DNA of 64,000 nt from the NCBI GenBank assembly GCA_905210855.1, contig CAJLYL010000001.1, forward strand, positions 1,641 through 65,640, in the 5' to 3' direction. Of the stretch, positions 46,911 to 55,063 are shown in pieces. Each line of letters opens with the position of its first letter. Within the stretch, counting starts at the first letter, position 1. Source of the DNA: an uncultured Clostridia bacterium (lineage in GTDB: Bacteria > Bacillota > Clostridia > UMGS1810). The notes under the pieces were generated by a model, which saw only the letters and a program-made list of their open reading frames with translations, ran no database searches and was not told where the DNA came from. Made by a program: the position numbers and the translations under genes.

Positions 46911-47769
46911 ATGAATAATATCTTGCTTAAAAATGATAATATATCGGTGGAAATTTCAGATTTGGGAGCGTAAATTCTGAGTTTAAAGAAAGGGTCGAAA
47001 GAGTATATCTGAAACGGAAAGTCTGATGTATGGAATGGACACGCCCCGGTATTGTTTCCGATTTGCGGAAGACTTGCGGAAGATAAGTTTATAGCAGGTG
47101 ACAATGTATTTTCTCTCGGTATGCACGGCTTCGCAAAAACGAGCATATTTGAAATCGAAAATGCCACAGACACAGAGACCGTGTTTCTGCTTAAAGAGAA
47201 CTCTGACACACTAAAACATTATCCTTTTTGCTTTGAACTCAGAATTATATACAAACTGAAAAATGACAGTATACATATTAAATACTCCGTGAAAAACACG
47301 GATATAAAGACAATATATTTTTCAATCGGAGCACATGAGGCATACGCTTGCAACGGCGGTATAGAAAACTATTCACTTATTTTTGAAACCTGTGAAAGGG
47401 TTTGAGACTCTGCTTCTTGACGGTAGTTATTTAAATCATAAAACGCTTAAAATAAGTGATGACTCTGCCGAACTTCCCTTGAAATACAGCTATTTTAAAC
47501 TTGACACTCTGATATTTAAAGGCCCTAAATCAAAGAGAGTTGAGCTTAAAAACAATATTACGGGAGACACGGCAGGGATTGATTTTTCAACCTTTAAAAA
47601 CCTTCTTCTTTGGACGCTTCCGGGTGTGGAATTTATTTGTATCGAACCGTGGAACGGCCTCCCCGATTATGTTGACAGCGACTGTAATATAATGCACAAT
47701 CATGATATCATCACCCTGCCTAAAGGAGAATTTTTTGATTGTGTACATACTATAAGCTTTAAAAAATAA
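46911..47769 (+). pseudogene. Aldose 1-epimerase-family gene with two in-frame stops and one frameshift
   Basis: ATG at 46911. TAA at 46971-46973 (DLGA*ILSL). TGA at 47010-47012 (EYI*NG, where family members have W). A +1 shift at the T5 run 47380-47384 joins ORFs 47052..47405 and 47383..47769. Motifs PVLFPICGRL and FICIEPWNG support the family call. Confidence 0.8.
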
Positions 47770-47796
47770 TCTTCACCTATGTTCTTTTCAAATCTA

Positions 47797-48927
47797 TTAT
47801 ACTGTCTCGCCGTGAACTATTGTAGCTTTTATATTTATATTTTCATCGGCTATTACAAGGTCGGCATATTTATTTCTCTCAACAGACCCTCTCATTTTAT
47901 CCTCGCCTATGACCCTTGCCGCATTCAGCGATGCCATATTCACAACAGTATATATAGGCAGACCGGTATGCTTTAAAAAGTTTCTTACCGCCTTATCCAT
48001 CGTCAGAATGCTTCCGGCAATCGTTCCATCCTTTAGCCTGCACTCGATTCCGTAGACAGTTACAGGCTGACCGCCAAGCGTATACTCTCCGTCGGGCATA
48101 CCGCCCGCCCTCATACAATCCGTGATAAGAACAAGCTTATCGCCTTTGAGCTTTTGAACCATATTAAAAAGTACCGGGCTGACGTGAAACGTATCGGCTA
48201 TCAGTTCACAGCTGACTGTGTTATTTTCAAGCGCTGCGCCGATTACACCTACCTCGCGGTGATCGAACGGTGTCATCGCGTTAAACAGGTGCGTGACGTG
48301 TCTTGCCCCGTTTTTGAAAGCCTCAGAGGTCTGCTTATATGTTGCGTTTGTGTGTCCCACCGAAACCGTAATATCGGTATTTTCTGAAATGTATTTAACG
48401 AATTTAAACTCCTCATCCATTTCCGGAGCAATGGTAATAAGCCTTATTATGTCACGATTCTGCATAACAAAATCGATGTTCGGGCGTTTTATGTATTTTG
48501 CATCCTGTGCGCCCTTCTTTTCGGGATTTATAAACGGCCCTTCGACATTTGCGCCGAGAATTTTCGCCCCTTCGTTTTTCTTTTTCAGCTCTTTTATAAC
48601 GTCAAGCGCACGCTGTATCTCATTTTCGGAAACAGTCATTGTTGTCGGGCAAAATGCTGTAACTCCGTTTCGGGGAAGGTTCCTTGCCATACTTATAATC
48701 CCGTCTCTGTCACCGTCGGATGTGTCAAAGCCTTTATACCCGTGAATGTGAATGTCTATAAACCCCGGCATAACATAATCCCCGTGCGCGTCAATTATCT
48801 CACACCCGCCTATGTGCAGTCCTTCCCCGACCTCTCTTATTTTATCATCAAATATAACCGCTCCGCTTTCGGTAACCGAATCTTTGTTTACTATTTTGGC
48901 GTTTATTATTGCTCTCATTTGAATCAC
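47797..48927 (-). CDS. nagA: N-acetylglucosamine-6-phosphate deacetylase
   Basis: 376 aa. PGFIDIHIHGYKGFD, HLFNAMTPFDHRE, and the typical amidohydrolase ends. Confidence 0.92.
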   Translation of the reverse strand: MIQMRAIINAKIVNKDSVTESGAVIFDDKIREVGEGLHIGGCEIIDAHGDYVMPGFIDIHIHGYKGFDTSDGDRDGIISMARNLPRNGVTAFCPTTMTVSENEIQRALDVIKELKKKNEGAKILGANVEGPFINPEKKGAQDAKYIKRPNIDFVMQNRDIIRLITIAPEMDEEFKFVKYISENTDITVSVGHTNATYKQTSEAFKNGARHVTHLFNAMTPFDHREVGVIGAALENNTVSCELIADTFHVSPVLFNMVQKLKGDKLVLITDCMRAGGMPDGEYTLGGQPVTVYGIECRLKDGTIAGSILTMDKAVRNFLKHTGLPIYTVVNMASLNAARVIGEDKMRGSVERNKYADLVIADENINIKATIVHGETV

Positions 48928-48984
48928 CTTTTATAAATTTATGATTTTTAACTTATAAATCGTTATACTTATATAAAATCTATT

Positions 48985-50589
48985 TTACACTAAAAGAGCT
49001 GCCCCTACAATACCTGCGTCACTTTTTAATTTTGAAATAGCGATTGGGGTATCAGAATTAAGTCTGTCCTTAAGCGGTGTAAGAAGGGTATCCCCTGCAT
49101 TTGTTATACCTCCCGACAACACTATCATATCGGGGTCAAACACATTTATAATGCCTTTTATTCCTATTGAAAGGCGGTTTATATACTTATCCAAAACCTC
49201 TGCGGCAACAGCACATTTTTCATTAACCGCTCTAAAGAAAAGTTTTCCGTTTAATGAGTTTCTGTTTTCAATATACAGCTTATACAAAATACTGTCGGTA
49301 TTAATTTTTGCCGCTTTCTCGGCCATACCTATCAAAGCCGCGGCCGACGCATACTGCTCAAAGCATCCGTTCAATCCACAGCTGCACTTTTCGCCGTCAA
49401 AATTAATAGGAAAGTGTCCAATTTCGCCCGCGCTTCCTTTGCCCTCATAAATCTTTCCGTCAATGATTATTCCGCCGCCTACACCGGTGCCAAGAGAAAC
49501 CATAACAAGGTTTTTGACGGATTGACCGATTCCGCAAACCGCTTCGCCCAAAGCCGCACAGTTTGCGTCATTTGACACCTTCACAGAGATGTTCAGCCTG
49601 TTTTCAAGTTCCTTTTTCAAATCAATATCCTTAAAAGGCAGATTAACTGCATTTACGATTCCGTCCCTGATTATGCCAGCCGTTCCGACTCCGATGCCCG
49701 ATATACAATACTCCTTCATTATTTCCCGGCATTTATCGGCTATGCTGTCTATCAGCTCATCGCAATTTAAGCAAGCCGATGATATTTGGGTTTTATATAC
49801 CGTCTCATCGTTCTCATTTAAAACACCGAACTTCACCTCTGTTCCGCCAATATCAACACCTATTCTCTCGTTTGAATATGCATCTTTGTCGCAAATAAGC
49901 GTAACATCGCTGTGAAGCTTAAGCATCGATGCGGGCATCTCTGTTGAAATATTACTCGTCAGCAGTTCCGAGACCGCTTTATGTTTATTTTTCCCGGCGG
50001 CAAGAAGAATAATTTTCCTTGCCTTTAATATAGTTCCCATTCCCATTGTCAGCGCCTTTTTCGGCACCTCTGAAATATCGTCAAAGAACCTTGAGTTTGC
50101 CTTTATTGTGTCCTCGGTAAGATTGGTCAAATGCGTCTTTGAATTTAGGTTTTCGCTCGGCTCGTTAAAACCTATATGACCGTTTTGACCTATACCGAGT
50201 ATCTGTAGGTCGATGCCCCCGTTCTCGCCTATAAGCTTCTCAAAATTTTCACATTCTTTTTCCGTGTCATTACACATTCCGTCAAGAATATGTGTGTTGT
50301 TGGTATCAATATTTATTTTTGAAAAGAAGTTCTTGTTCATAAAACAGTGATAGCTCTGTTCATTGTCTGCCGTCAGCGGATAATACTCGTCAAGGTTAAA
50401 TGTTCGGATGGTTTTAAAGTCAATTTCGCCCGATTTATTCATTTTAGAAAGTTCATCATACATTCCGACAGGGGTTGACCCCGTCGCCAGACCGAGAACA
50501 CTTTTTGGATTTTTTCTTATTTGCTCCGCAACTATTTCCGCTGCTTTCTCTGACATTTCATCATAGTTTTCACACACTGTTATTTTCAT
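48985..50589 (-). CDS. nagB: Fusion protein: glucosamine-6-phosphate deaminase (NagB) + ROK-family sugar kinase
   Basis: The N-terminal ~245 aa carry LGLATGSTPVGMYDEL and LGIGQNGHIGFNEP. The C-terminal ~285 aa carry GVDIGGTEVKFGVL and the ROK zinc motif CSCGLNGCFEQYAS. Confidence 0.85.
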   Translation of the reverse strand: MKITVCENYDEMSEKAAEIVAEQIRKNPKSVLGLATGSTPVGMYDELSKMNKSGEIDFKTIRTFNLDEYYPLTADNEQSYHCFMNKNFFSKINIDTNNTHILDGMCNDTEKECENFEKLIGENGGIDLQILGIGQNGHIGFNEPSENLNSKTHLTNLTEDTIKANSRFFDDISEVPKKALTMGMGTILKARKIILLAAGKNKHKAVSELLTSNISTEMPASMLKLHSDVTLICDKDAYSNERIGVDIGGTEVKFGVLNENDETVYKTQISSACLNCDELIDSIADKCREIMKEYCISGIGVGTAGIIRDGIVNAVNLPFKDIDLKKELENRLNISVKVSNDANCAALGEAVCGIGQSVKNLVMVSLGTGVGGGIIIDGKIYEGKGSAGEIGHFPINFDGEKCSCGLNGCFEQYASAAALIGMAEKAAKINTDSILYKLYIENRNSLNGKLFFRAVNEKCAVAAEVLDKYINRLSIGIKGIINVFDPDMIVLSGGITNAGDTLLTPLKDRLNSDTPIAISKLKSDAGIVGAALLV

Positions 50590-50749
50590 CTTTCACATTA
50601 CCTCCCTCATATAAACTCTCAACTATATAATACTACCGTTTGTTTTAGTTGTATTTGCACAAATATCATTTTATTTTGCACTTTCAGCAAAAATGTGTTG
50701 AAATCTTTTTATAATGCTGTTATAATATCCGAAAAGGAGTGTGTAAATA

Positions 50750-51640
50750 ATGGCTGATTATATCGGTGTACGATTAAACGAAGAAATCAAAATAAATAAA
50801 CTGTATACGGTGCATTACTTTGAATACTCAAAGAAGTTTAGCTTTACGGGCGAAAAACACAACTTTTGGGAGCTTGTATATGCGGACAGAGGAAACGTGA
50901 CTGTGTTTTCGGATGACAAAAGCTTTGTTTTAGAACAGGGAAATGTGATCTTTCACAAGCCAAATGAGTGGCACAACATAAAGGCCAACGGAGTGAGCGC
51001 GGCAAACGTTACTATTATAACATTTGAATCTTCTTCACCGGCTATGCGTTATTTTGAAAACAAGCTTCTTCCCGTCGGTCAGAAGCAGAAAGAACTCCTT
51101 TCTCAGATAATATTCGAATTTACAAATGCCTTCAGCGTCCCCCTCAACGATCCATACACAACGCGGCTGCTCCGAAGAAAGAACATTCCGTTTGCATCAG
51201 AACAGCTTATTAAAATGTATCTCTGTGAATTCTTGATTTTGTTCCTTCGGAATAGCCCTCAAACCCGCCGAAAAAGCACAGGAAATATACACAGCGACAA
51301 CGGCCTGATTAACCTTTTGGTAAACTATATGAACGAGAATATCACAAGAAACATTTCGCTGAATGAGTTAATGGAATACAGCGGAGCCAACCGAACTAAG
51401 ATAGAGGCTGTTTTTAACGAAAGCTTCGGAAGAAGCGCCCTCGGTTATTTTATATACTTAAAAATCGAGCTTGCAAAAAAATATCTGCGTGAGGATAATT
51501 ATAATATTACCCAAATATCCGAAATACTCGGATATTCGGGTATTCATTATTTCTCAAGGCAATTCAAAAAATGCACCGGTATGGCCCCGACCGAATATCT
51601 TTTGTCGATAAAGTCAATGATGCGCGAAGACCTTTTATAA
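50750..51640 (+). CDS. AraC-family transcriptional regulator (cupin + HTH), divergent from nagB-ROK
   Basis: FWELVYADRGNVTV...FHKPNEWHN (cupin) and a C-terminal ITQISEILGYSGIHYFSRQFKKCTGMAPTEY. Confidence 0.85.
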   Translation: MADYIGVRLNEEIKINKLYTVHYFEYSKKFSFTGEKHNFWELVYADRGNVTVFSDDKSFVLEQGNVIFHKPNEWHNIKANGVSAANVTIITFESSSPAMRYFENKLLPVGQKQKELLSQIIFEFTNAFSVPLNDPYTTRLLRRKNIPFASEQLIKMYLCEFLILFLRNSPQTRRKSTGNIHSDNGLINLLVNYMNENITRNISLNELMEYSGANRTKIEAVFNESFGRSALGYFIYLKIELAKKYLREDNYNITQISEILGYSGIHYFSRQFKKCTGMAPTEYLLSIKSMMREDLL

Positions 51641-51709
51641 TTATAATCCAATTGTTTAGACGCGGCTCGGCGACATCATCGACCCGATTAACAATGCGAT
51701 TTGTGCTTT

Positions 51710-51921
51710 GGCTCGGTGATGTATATTATATTTTGACACGCATTAAAACTTGTGTAGTCTGTGTATGTATTTTTTATTCTTGACTCCTCGGACGGCAGCG
51801 CAGTAGCGCTGAACTCGTCGTCTTAGAATAAAAAACACATACACAGCCTCTGACGGAATATTTTCTACGCATACCGTGCGGCTGTTATCGGTTTGCAAAA
51901 TAAAATATACACCCCCTCGCC
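51710..51921 (+). repeat. Hairpin repeat family, copy A, carrying a second hairpin module inside its loop
   Basis: ggctcggtgatgtatattatattttg ... caaaataaaatatacaccccctcgcc. The inner arms ctgtgtatgtattttttattct (51759-51780) and agaataaaaaacacatacacag (51825-51846) pair 21/22. The inserted segment is bracketed by ACGCAT at 51738 and 51867. Confidence 0.8.
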
Positions 51922-51958
51922 TCTATACAAATTCAAAATCTTTTAGGAGATGTTTATT

Positions 51959-52636
51959 ATGTCTATACAAAAAAATCTTGAAAACATCCGCGCGCGGATA
52001 TCCGCCGCCTGCGAGCGCAGCGGCAGAAACCCGTCGTCCGTCACGCTGATTGCCGTGACGAAAACGCGCACCGTTGACGAAATAAACGAGGCGGTCGCCC
52101 TCGGGCTCACCGAGCTCGGCGAAAACCGTGTTCAGGAGCTGCTCGAAAAATACGACAAGGTTCGCGGCGACGTGCATTGGCATCTCATAGGTCATCTTCA
52201 GCGCAACAAGGTTAAATACATTGCCGACAAGGTGTGCATGATTCACTCCGTTGACACAGTGCCCCTCGCCGCCGAGATAGACCGTCAGTGCGCAAAGCAC
52301 GGCAGGGTTATGAACATCCTTGCCGAGGTGAATATATCGGGCGAGGAGTCAAAAAGCGGCATGACCGCCGCCGAGGCATACGATTTTATGCAGCAGGTAT
52401 CGGCCATGCCTCACGTAAAGGTGTGCGGATTGATGACCATGGCACCCAAATTTGCGCAAAATGACGAAATAAGAAGAATTTTTGCACAATTATCACAGTT
52501 AGCTGTTGACATTTCGGCAAAAAAATATGATAATATCAGTATGGACAAATTATCTATGGGAATGAGCAGCGATTTTGAAACGGCTATTGAGGAAGGTTCT
52601 CATATGGTTCGTATAGGAACAGCTTTGTTCAAATAA
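51959..52636 (+). CDS. yggS: YggS-family pyridoxal-phosphate homeostasis protein
   Basis: LIAVTKTRTVDEINEAV..GENRVQEL...HLIGHLQRNKVK...MGMSSDFETAIEEGSHMVRIGTALF. The start was chosen at ATG 51959 (AGGAG 9 nt upstream). The longest ORF starts at 51950. Confidence 0.9.
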   Translation: MSIQKNLENIRARISAACERSGRNPSSVTLIAVTKTRTVDEINEAVALGLTELGENRVQELLEKYDKVRGDVHWHLIGHLQRNKVKYIADKVCMIHSVDTVPLAAEIDRQCAKHGRVMNILAEVNISGEESKSGMTAAEAYDFMQQVSAMPHVKVCGLMTMAPKFAQNDEIRRIFAQLSQLAVDISAKKYDNISMDKLSMGMSSDFETAIEEGSHMVRIGTALFK

Positions 52637-52666
52637 ATTTTGCAGGTTAGTTTAGGAGGAAAAATC

Positions 52667-53233
52667 ATGAGCAAGTTCATGGATATGCTGATGGGCGCGA
52701 TGGGTATTGACGACGCTGACGCACCCCTTGAGGAGGTCGGCGCACCGGCGCAGGACGAGGCAAAGGAAGAGAAGAAAAAGATTCGTGTGCCCAGAGCGGC
52801 AAAGAGCGAAAGAATGAAAGAGGACAGAGCCTTTGAGGAGCCTGCTCCCAAGGCAAGACCGCAGACATACGGCAGCTTTGGCAAGAGCACATCATATCAG
52901 GGCGAATCTATGGCGCAGCGTTCAAAGCTTGTCAACATTGGCGGCGCAACCCAGCTCAACATGGTTATTGTGCAGCCGACGGAGTACAGCGACGGCAGAG
53001 ACATCACAAATCACTTAAAGGCGCGCAAGCCGGTTATAGTCAACCTTGAGATGCTCGACAAGGTAATGGCAAAAAAGGTGGTCGATTTCTTAAGCGGCGC
53101 GGTGTTTGCGCTGGACGGCAGTATGCAGAAGGTTTCCAACGGCATCATAGTTGCCGTGCCGAGCAACATGAACATCACGGGCAACATCGGCGAGGAGCTC
53201 AAGACAAACCTTTTTGACGAATTTAAGCTTTAA
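52667..53233 (+). CDS. sepF: Cell division protein SepF
   Basis: The C-terminal domain VVIVQPTEYSDGRDITNHLKARKPVIVNLEMLDKVMAKKVVDFLSGAVFALDGSMQKVSNGI is typical of SepF. Start at ATG 52667 after AGGAGGA. Confidence 0.9.
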   Translation: MSKFMDMLMGAMGIDDADAPLEEVGAPAQDEAKEEKKKIRVPRAAKSERMKEDRAFEEPAPKARPQTYGSFGKSTSYQGESMAQRSKLVNIGGATQLNMVIVQPTEYSDGRDITNHLKARKPVIVNLEMLDKVMAKKVVDFLSGAVFALDGSMQKVSNGIIVAVPSNMNITGNIGEELKTNLFDEFKL

Positions 53234-53237
53234 TTTT

Positions 53238-54017
53238 ATGATTAACAGAAAACGGATTCTTTTCGGCATTACCGATGCCGACGACAAAAATTTTCTGTCG
53301 CAGATGTGTGACAGGGCGGACAAGGCAATCGCAAGCGGCAGGCGCATTTATTCACGTTTTCTGTCGCCGCGCGAGCAGCTTTATGTGACGGAGCGTTTTT
53401 CGTCCGACGTCGAGGTGGCGGCGGACGGCGGCTATGACGGCTCGGAGCGCTGCGTTGTGTGCTTCTCTCCGTTTGACACATACGAGACGGAGTTTGATTT
53501 TCAAATTGTTCCTCTCGTCATCCGCACCAAAAACCGCTCTGTGCTCTCTCATCGGGATTATCTCGGTTCGGTGCTGTCGCTGGGCATCAAGCGCGAACTT
53601 GTGGGCGACATTGTCATTTGCGGCGACTGTGCGGTCATGTTTTGCCACAGGGAGATAAGCGACTACATCATGTTCAATCTCACGCGCATTGCCAACCTCA
53701 CCGTCACGGTTGAGGAGGCGGATGCGTCCGCACTGACCCTGCCGGAGCGCAGGTTTGAGGAGAGGTCGCTCACGGTATCGTCCATGCGGCTCGACTGTGT
53801 GCTCTCCGCCGCGGCGAACAAATCGCGCACCGCGTCGGCGGAGCTTATAGAGCGCGGAATGGTTTGCCTGAATTATGACGAGGTGAAAAACGCAAGCCGC
53901 ACCGTGGCGGACGGGGACATCATATCCGTGCGCGGCATAGGCAAGATGATTATCCGCACCGACATGACCCTCACCAAAAAAGGCAAGTATCACATAGAGG
54001 TCAGCAAGTATGTGTAG
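53238..54017 (+). CDS. ylmH: YlmH-family RNA-binding (S4 domain) protein
   Basis: FLSPREQLYV...RDYLGSVLSLGIKRELVGDI... and a C-terminal S4-like part (RLDCVLSAAANKSRTASAELIERGMVCLNY). Its position between sepF and divIVA fits. Confidence 0.85.
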   Translation: MINRKRILFGITDADDKNFLSQMCDRADKAIASGRRIYSRFLSPREQLYVTERFSSDVEVAADGGYDGSERCVVCFSPFDTYETEFDFQIVPLVIRTKNRSVLSHRDYLGSVLSLGIKRELVGDIVICGDCAVMFCHREISDYIMFNLTRIANLTVTVEEADASALTLPERRFEERSLTVSSMRLDCVLSAAANKSRTASAELIERGMVCLNYDEVKNASRTVADGDIISVRGIGKMIIRTDMTLTKKGKYHIEVSKYV

Positions 54018-54029
54018 GGATTGTGTGCC

Positions 54030-54117
54030 GGCTCGGTGATGTATATTATATTTTGAAAACACACGCATACCATGCGGCTGCTATCGGTTTTCAAAACATA
54101 ATATACACCCCCTCGCC
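54030..54117 (+). repeat. Hairpin repeat family, copy B (88 bp)
   Basis: ggctcggtgatgtatattatattttgaaaac-acacgcataccatgcggctgctatcg-gttttcaaaacataatatacaccccctcgcc. It starts 13 nt after the ylmH stop. Confidence 0.9.
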
Positions 54118-54139
54118 CATGTGAGATCTCGTATCTCGG

Positions 54140-54222
54140 CCCGTGAAATATGTTATGTGTCTGCTGACACGCGACCTGACGGCGCTATGGATCTCGCTGA
54201 CACACAACATATGCCCCTCGCC
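54140..54222 (+). repeat. Hairpin repeat family, divergent copy D
   Basis: Arms atatgttatgtgtc (54148-54161) and gacacacaacatat (54199-54212) pair 13/14. The loop contains gacacgcga. It ends in gcccctcgcc like the other copies. Confidence 0.7.
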
Positions 54223-54358
54223 TTTGCGCAGAATCTGTGTTTGGCGGTAGGGGGCGATGCCCACATCGCCCCGAGCAAACTAACGTTTCGCATAAATTAA
54301 CACTTATCCGTAGGGAACGACCTATGTGTCGTTCCGCAAAGATTGCGCACCCCTCGCC
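54223..54358 (+). repeat. Composite hairpin module (outer stem enclosing two inner hairpins), ending in CCCCTCGCC
   Basis: Outer gcgcagaatct...agattgcgc. Inner ggggcgatg-cccac-atcgcccc and gggaacgac-ctatgt-gtcgttcc. The string aaattaaca[c/t]tta[t/a]ccgtagggaa is shared with 20797-20820. Confidence 0.7.
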
Positions 54359-54405
54359 TATGATAAATGCAAAATATAGTTTTTTTACAAAGGACGGTTG
54401 ATATT

Positions 54406-54852
54406 ATGATTACGCCTATGGAAATTCAGACAAAAAAATTTGACAAAGCTGTTATGGGCTACAACAAGGACGATGTGGACGATTTTATCTCCTACATCCT
54501 TGAAGATTACGAGCAGCTCTACAAGCAGGCTATGGAGTCCGATGAGAAAATCAGCTCGCTCAACACTCAGCTCGAGACCTACCGCAGCATGGAGGAGACC
54601 ATGAAAAATTCTCTGCTTATTGCGCAGTCTACTGCCGAAAATGTGCAGAAAAACGCGCGCGAAAAGGCGGACATCATAGTAAAGGACGCCGAAAACGAAG
54701 CCAAGCAGATTATAGAAAAAGCCAAGGCGGACATAGAAAAGGCGACGGCGGAGTATGCTCAGCTGCGCCACGATATGGATATATACAAATGTCAGGCGAT
54801 AAGTATGCTCAACGCGCAGATTGAAAACCTGAAAAAACTTGAGACGGTTTGA
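54406..54852 (+). CDS. divIVA: DivIVA-domain cell-division/polarity protein
   Basis: MITPMEIQTKKFDKAVMGYNKDDVDDFISYILEDYEQL followed by a coiled coil. Start at ATG 54406. Confidence 0.9.
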   Translation: MITPMEIQTKKFDKAVMGYNKDDVDDFISYILEDYEQLYKQAMESDEKISSLNTQLETYRSMEETMKNSLLIAQSTAENVQKNAREKADIIVKDAENEAKQIIEKAKADIEKATAEYAQLRHDMDIYKCQAISMLNAQIENLKKLETV

Positions 54853-54866
54853 TAAGCTTGTGTGAC

Positions 54867-54954
54867 GGCTCGGGGGTGTATATTATATTTTGAAAACACA
54901 CGCATACCGTGCGGCTGCTATCGGTTTTCAAAATATAATATACACCCCCGAGCC
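54867..54954 (+). repeat. Hairpin repeat family, copy C (perfect 31-bp stem, 26-nt loop)
   Basis: ggctcgggggtgtatattatattttgaaaac (54867-54897) is the exact reverse complement of gttttcaaaatataatatacacccccgagcc (54924-54954). The loop is acacgcataccgtgcggctgctatcg. It lies 14 nt after the divIVA stop. Confidence 0.92.
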
Positions 54955-55034
54955 TTTATGCGGATTGCTGCGCCGCATTCAACATTTCCCCCAACCCCCA
55001 AAATAAAATTCCCAAAAAATTTTCAATTTACCTA

Positions 55035-55063
55035 TTGCAATATTTATGATTCCATGATATGAT
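55035..55063 (+). promoter_or_regulatory. Candidate promoter of the TetR / giant-protein operon
   Basis: TTGCAA (55035-55040), a 17-nt spacer, then TGaTATGAT (hexamer 55058-55063). The -10 element lies inside the left arm of the 57-bp palindrome. Confidence 0.5.

Noticed and set aside
46971-47012. Stop-codon reassignment (TGA=Trp, or TAA read-through) in the AT-rich island
   Set aside because: Intact neighbouring island genes (the nahK-like kinase, nagA, nagB-ROK, AraC) terminate normally at TAA or TGA and contain no internal stops. The same genes that carry in-frame stops also carry frameshifts and deletions. Ordinary pseudogenisation is the simpler explanation.
41950-51650. Prophage or integrative conjugative element
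   Set aside because: There are no integrase, recombinase, capsid, tail, relaxase or T4SS genes, and I found no flanking tRNA or direct repeats. Only metabolic genes and two dead IS fragments are present, so I describe it as a metabolic island of foreign composition.
51710-54954. CRISPR array, considered because of the repeated hairpin-forming units
   Set aside because: Copies are 85-210 bp long, separated by whole genes rather than by 25-40-bp spacers, and differ in their stem sequences. No cas genes are nearby.
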